Shown here in pieces: positions 60,801 to 64,000 of a stretch of DNA of 64,000 nucleotides. This stretch comes from Opitutaceae bacterium. Its GTDB lineage: Bacteria > Verrucomicrobiota > Verrucomicrobiia > Opitutales > Coraliomargaritaceae. Positions within the stretch are counted from its first letter, which is position 1; every line of letters begins with the position of its first letter. The stretch covers positions 480,001 to 544,000 of the forward strand of contig JBPOFY010000001.1 in the NCBI GenBank assembly GCA_051252375.1. The letters run 5' to 3'. The position numbers and the translations under genes were made by a program. The notes under the pieces are model-generated. The model searched no databases. It was not told where the DNA came from and saw nothing but the letters and a program-made list of their open reading frames with translations.

Positions 60801-62167
60801 CGGCTGACCGTGATGTAGGCCGCCATACTGATTTGCACACCAGCAGTTTGCTTTTCAACGGTGCCAGTGTTGTGGATCAGGTTGTTGTCGACTCGGCAGT
60901 GTTGCGGGTAGTTGTTGGTCTTCGGGCCACGAGTGAAATCCATGGTCTCTAGGTCGGGACCTTCGCCGATGTTGTAGTTCTCGTGCCACACGGTGTTGAT
61001 GTCGCCGACAAAAGAAACGCCACTGCCGCCCACGTTGTGAATGTAGCAGCCCTCGACGGAGCTGTCTTTGTTGTAGTGATTGAAGAAGACGGCATTGCCG
61101 CCCAGATCGCTCAACTCGCTGTCTTTGAGTGCACAGTTTTCGGTGCCTTCAAAATGCACCACGCCGCCGCGATAGATCGTCCAGTCGCTACGTAGCAAAC
61201 GATCGGCAGTCTTCATGAAGGTGCGGATCGTGCGCTTCAAAGTCAGGCCTTCGATGGAGATGTGTCGGACAGGTTCCGCTTCCGTGCCTTTGAAAACAAA
61301 GAGCTGCTCAAGAGCCGCCACTTCGACACTGGCTTGGTTTAAGTCGACGCCTGCCTTGGGATAGAAGAAGAGTTCGGAGGTGTTGCGGTTCAAATACCAC
61401 TCGCCGGCACCGTCCAGCTCTTCAAAAATGTTTTCAACGAATCGATATTCCGCGTGTTGGCTGCTGCCACGATTGTTTTGAGTGCCACCTACGAGGTTGA
61501 CTTCGTTTTCGTTCTTTTTGCCAGTTATTTGGTAGTGCACGCCGCCCCAGAGTGCTTTGTGCATGGCATGGAAATAGCCGTGTGTGGGGTCCTCCCAAGT
61601 CGCGACGCGTTCTTTTGATAAGCAATCGGCTGCGATTCCGTTAAAAGCTGGCGCATTTTCAGTGTAGTTCGGGTAGCGGGCGAGGATTTGCTGCTCTCCA
61701 TTGATAAACAGCGTCTCAAAGACCATGCCCTCGGGGACCTTCGTTTTGTAGATGCTATCGTTGTATGGCTCCCACTTTAAGTCGCTCAGGCTCACGCCGC
61801 CGAGGACTTGTGGTGTTTCGTTCTCATACGCCTTGTAGGCGATCGGTGCGTCGACCGAGCCGCTGTCTTGGGCGGTAAATACAACTGGCTCAGTCAGGTA
61901 GTATTTGCCGCCACGAAGGTAAACTGTGATCGGCTCCGATGGGTATAGGGCTTTAAACTCTCGGACCACCGCTTGCGCATGGGCAATTGTAGCGAAAGGG
62001 GCGTCTATTGTTCCGTCGCTTAGGTCACTGCCATCAGGGCTGACGTAAAAGTCTTTTGTGTTTGTTGACTGATTCGTTGGCGAACAGGCAAGCAGTGCGA
62101 AGATGCTGCAGGCAAGCAGTGCGAAGATGCCGCGCGCGGCTAGTCGAGGGCTGGATTTTGTATTCAT
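57800..62167 (-). CDS. Large lipoprotein: GH141-like beta-helix, PDZ-like, F5/8C (CBM32-like) and a second beta-helix domain
   Basis: FYVSPDGSD..GT...PFATI, VYLRGGKY, DIDLDDGS, AIDNDPQTFWHT, GFGHGIHF; lipobox LLAC. Confidence 0.75.
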   Translation of the reverse strand: MNTKSSPRLAARGIFALLACSIFALLACSPTNQSTNTKDFYVSPDGSDLSDGTIDAPFATIAHAQAVVREFKALYPSEPITVYLRGGKYYLTEPVVFTAQDSGSVDAPIAYKAYENETPQVLGGVSLSDLKWEPYNDSIYKTKVPEGMVFETLFINGEQQILARYPNYTENAPAFNGIAADCLSKERVATWEDPTHGYFHAMHKALWGGVHYQITGKKNENEVNLVGGTQNNRGSSQHAEYRFVENIFEELDGAGEWYLNRNTSELFFYPKAGVDLNQASVEVAALEQLFVFKGTEAEPVRHISIEGLTLKRTIRTFMKTADRLLRSDWTIYRGGVVHFEGTENCALKDSELSDLGGNAVFFNHYNKDSSVEGCYIHNVGGSGVSFVGDINTVWHENYNIGEGPDLETMDFTRGPKTNNYPQHCRVDNNLIHNTGTVEKQTAGVQISMAAYITVSRNSIYDVPRAGINISEGKWGGHILEYNDVFLTVQETHDHGAFNSWGRDRYYTKNRGAAGDRVAIHGYDLVKLDMLDKIIIRNNRWRCDHGWDIDLDDGSAWYEVYNNVCLSGGIKLRDGMLRTVYNNININNSMNLHVWLKNSGDVVTNNISTHGYIPIGMREWGKLLDQNLFFQKDSLQKIQNAYGTDANSVYGDPGFADPANGDYTVTNTELAEAIGWKNFPMDQFGVQKPSLKAIAKIPEFPEIELTADEVIEGIDYMGGVIKNIENDGEKSAAGLPDFKGAKIEKGLTKGIFSVVKLQDDDVVLAMDAEAINNINDFTSKLASDKVYETMSVWRFQKLLILELPDPADCNIPMLLNKRDWKLLSFDSEAVGYEARLAIDNDPQTFWHTQFEPTEPAFPHELAVDMGQDSIIHSFEFLPRQGSSHPRIKDFELYLVADGKASDQPILKGTFKDSEDLQSFPIDKVKARYFKLKGLTGHTRNAGSVGEISFYGTCVPVTSQPQTTKAQTADSQATKVDPALQFPENPPMQWIAREAPPFPVFSENFEVRDGFTLIDNLDDFRAAIKRDGQKIRLKPGHYLAKKIDPPFTFTKLRPVQDGDQTTTQQQVFVVSGSNNHFDLRDVVISIPSSLKNKLSRKAHVSDNWRVAGANNIFEGAYFRTETDLPYTKYFSGGNLFEVVNDGNTFLNCTFHVKGCTPYGYSDYYGKGREKWTNLDKHSFMSLEDVNGTTLRGCSIYNHGFGHGIHFHKVDGVLIEDCFFTGALRPTDDIYNERVGVAKEHNYNIMYRGERPIPRGEVIPLTEDGIRTYNEVQNVVVRNTTVERHRGNSALYGVGDMTLENVRMIEAGSKSFDVTSGDKGKITVKNCYSDVAYNPVFGTGPEPAVGGFFEVTILSPADGVEFTPNSGLGNIAGIDCIFILHDGTTKPLPERINVLTCGGKQPLTNSTLTNFTPARIILEKNVTGCTIRSLGPVNDKGQNNTVIQLPRGSTAQNTSVKL

Positions 62168-62344
62168 TTTAGGGGAATGGATCTCGGGATCGCTATTTAT
62201 GGGTCAGCTTTGTCGGAATTCGGCTAAAGCGGCTGAAAAACGAGTTGTAGCTCCTGCAATAAACAAAGAAGAGACGCACGAGTGTCAATTGAATGGGAAT
62301 TTGCCCTTATTGATTGAGCAATCGTGGTGGTTTTGTGCGTAGGG

Positions 62345-62473
62345 GGTAGCGGCGATGGTCCCCATCGCCACACGTCGGAGTCGCCCATCCTGACTTGTCG
62401 CGAAACAGATGTAATGGCGGTCGGGACCCGTCGTCGCCGATGGCTATGCCGAGACACCGCGACCGCCATTACC
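62345..62473. repeat. GTAG REP doublet (family B) with a 33-bp insert
   Basis: Aligns with the reverse complement of 9529-9625 apart from 62428-62460. Confidence 0.85.
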
Positions 62474-62511
62474 TTTAGAATGATGCTGGTTAAGCTTTCA
62501 GCCGCCAAAGG

Positions 62512-62541
62512 AGGGGACGCCTAGAGGCAGGCGTCCCTATC
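62512..62541. repeat. Solo REP unit (family A)
   Basis: GGACGCCTAGAGGCAGGCGTCCCTATC. Confidence 0.7.
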
Positions 62542-62616
62542 TAAATACCCTCTAATGACAGTCTTTCTGCTTTTGATTTGCATGGTGTGGGATTCTCGTT
62601 TTGCTCCTCCGCTAAC

Positions 62617-63780
62617 ATGGCTAAAACGACTCGAACCGGAATAATCGCATTTGAAGACGGAACTATTTTCCGTGGCCGCGCCTTTGGTGCAGTGGCCACC
62701 AATGTGGGTGAAGCTTGCTTTAACACCAGTATGACTGGCTATCAGGAAATCCTGACAGACCCCTCATACTTCTCGCAGATCGTCACGATGACTGCGGTGC
62801 AGATCGGCAACTACGGCATCTGCCCAGACGACGTCGAGTCTGACGGCCCCAAAGTAAAGGGTTTCATCGTTCGCGAGATCAGCCCGGTTGCGAGCAACTG
62901 GCGCAGTAATGTTTCGATTCAAGATTACCTGACTGAAGCGGGCATCCCCGGCATCGAAGGGGTTGATACACGTGCGATCACTAAAAAGCTCCGCGTATCC
63001 GGTGCTTTGAAGGCTTGTATCAGCACAGAAGACATTTCCGATGAAGAAGCCGTGAAGCGTGCGCAAGAGTTTGGCGGTCTAGTGGGAGTGGACTTCGTCA
63101 AGGAGGTCACTGCGAAGGAAGCCTATGAGTGGGACCCTGAGCGCAAGCAATGCACGCCGTTCACAGTTGTGGGCACGCAGTTGTTCAGCGAGGAACGCCC
63201 TGCAAAACGCTACAAAATCGCCGCGATGGATTTCGGTGCTAAGTTTTCAATTTACCGTAAACTGCAGCATCACGGTTTTGATGTGCATGTCTTCCCTGCG
63301 AATACCTCAGCCGAAGATATCAAAGCCTTTGCTCCTGACGGAGTGTTCCTTTCCAACGGTCCCGGCGATCCAGGTGCAGTCACTTATGCGCATGAAACTG
63401 TTAAGGAACTGATTCAAGACTACCCTACCTTTGGTATTTGTCTCGGTCACCAAATCATCACGCATGCTTTGGGCGCGAAAACATTTAAGCTCAAGTTCGG
63501 TCACCGTGGCGGCAACCAGCCAGTGAAGAATCTTGAAACCGGTAAGGTCTCGATCACCGCACAAAACCACGGATTTGCTTCCACTCGCGAAGAGTTGGAA
63601 AAAGCCGGAGCCATCGTCACCGAAATCAATTTGAACGACGACACTGTTGAAGGTCTGCGCGTGAAAGATAAGCCAGTCTTTTCGGTCCAGTATCACCCGG
63701 AAGCTGCACCCGGTCCGAACGATGCCGACGCGCTCTTCGTTGACTTCTACAATATGGTCGCCGAGCACGCGGGTAAGTAA
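62617..63780 (+). CDS. carA: Carbamoyl-phosphate synthase small subunit
   Basis: [39 protein letters not shown]; start at MAKTTR. Confidence 0.98.
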   Translation: MAKTTRTGIIAFEDGTIFRGRAFGAVATNVGEACFNTSMTGYQEILTDPSYFSQIVTMTAVQIGNYGICPDDVESDGPKVKGFIVREISPVASNWRSNVSIQDYLTEAGIPGIEGVDTRAITKKLRVSGALKACISTEDISDEEAVKRAQEFGGLVGVDFVKEVTAKEAYEWDPERKQCTPFTVVGTQLFSEERPAKRYKIAAMDFGAKFSIYRKLQHHGFDVHVFPANTSAEDIKAFAPDGVFLSNGPGDPGAVTYAHETVKELIQDYPTFGICLGHQIITHALGAKTFKLKFGHRGGNQPVKNLETGKVSITAQNHGFASTREELEKAGAIVTEINLNDDTVEGLRVKDKPVFSVQYHPEAAPGPNDADALFVDFYNMVAEHAGK

Positions 63781-63808
63781 TCCTTCGCTTGTTTAAATGT
63801 AACTTTTC

Positions 63809-63840
63809 AAACGCCTCTCAATTTATGGGAGGCGTTTTTT
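63809..63840 (+). terminator. Intrinsic terminator after carA
   Basis: AAACGCCTCTCA...TGGGAGGCGTTTTTT. Confidence 0.8.
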
Positions 63841-63851
63841 GTTAAACCCAG

Positions 63852-64000
63852 ATGTGTGCCATTCAACAATTGATACGCCAAAGCCTTTTGACCGGACCTT
63901 TGCTCGTCGGCGATTTGTCTGAAGCGGCTGTATTGGATCGATCGCTCTTTGGTGAAGTGGAACCGGAGCGGACGCTCAACTTTAATCAAAAGTTAGGGCA
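63852..64000 (+). CDS. Partial CDS running off the window, possibly DUF1853 family
   Basis: Open frame MCAIQQLIRQSLLTGPLL...LNFNQKLG; the KLG motif is suggestive; not in the ORF track. Confidence 0.5.
   Translation, partial: MCAIQQLIRQSLLTGPLLVGDLSEAAVLDRSLFGEVEPERTLNFNQKLG

Noticed and set aside
63992..63999. GTTAGGG at the window end as an att core site
   Set aside because: Lies inside an open reading frame and has no inverted partner.

Overview
A 64-kb stretch of mostly core bacterial chromosome. Gene content (prepilin-like protein with a C-terminal F-x-DGH motif, DUF5069, paired ExbD, large beta-helix glycan enzyme) suggests Verrucomicrobiota, probably marine Opitutae (inference). Housekeeping genes include glnD, slyD, ftsK, ppaC, glyA, surE, tal, hemH-ccsA-hemA, thrS, cysS, hemB, gcvH, speA, rmuC, a sigma-70 factor, trpE, purEK, glpD, mqo, lemA, rapA, a KamA-family radical SAM enzyme and carA. 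I saw no rRNA, tRNA, CRISPR array, transposase or integrase. The notable signal is a layered set of small non-coding mobile or repeat elements. (1) GTAG/GGAG REP doublets, one of which sits exactly in frame (69 bp, 23 codons) inside glpD. (2) An IS4-like MITE (18-bp TIRs, 10-bp target duplication) inserted into one REP doublet and carrying another; a degenerate sister copy appears to split an attC-like site. (3) A decaying, integrase-less integron-cassette array at 55.1-57.3 kb. (4) Several inverted arrays of 6-, 7- and 10-mer tandem repeats, one enclosing a collapsed gene remnant. Product calls come from motif recognition only; no searches were run.
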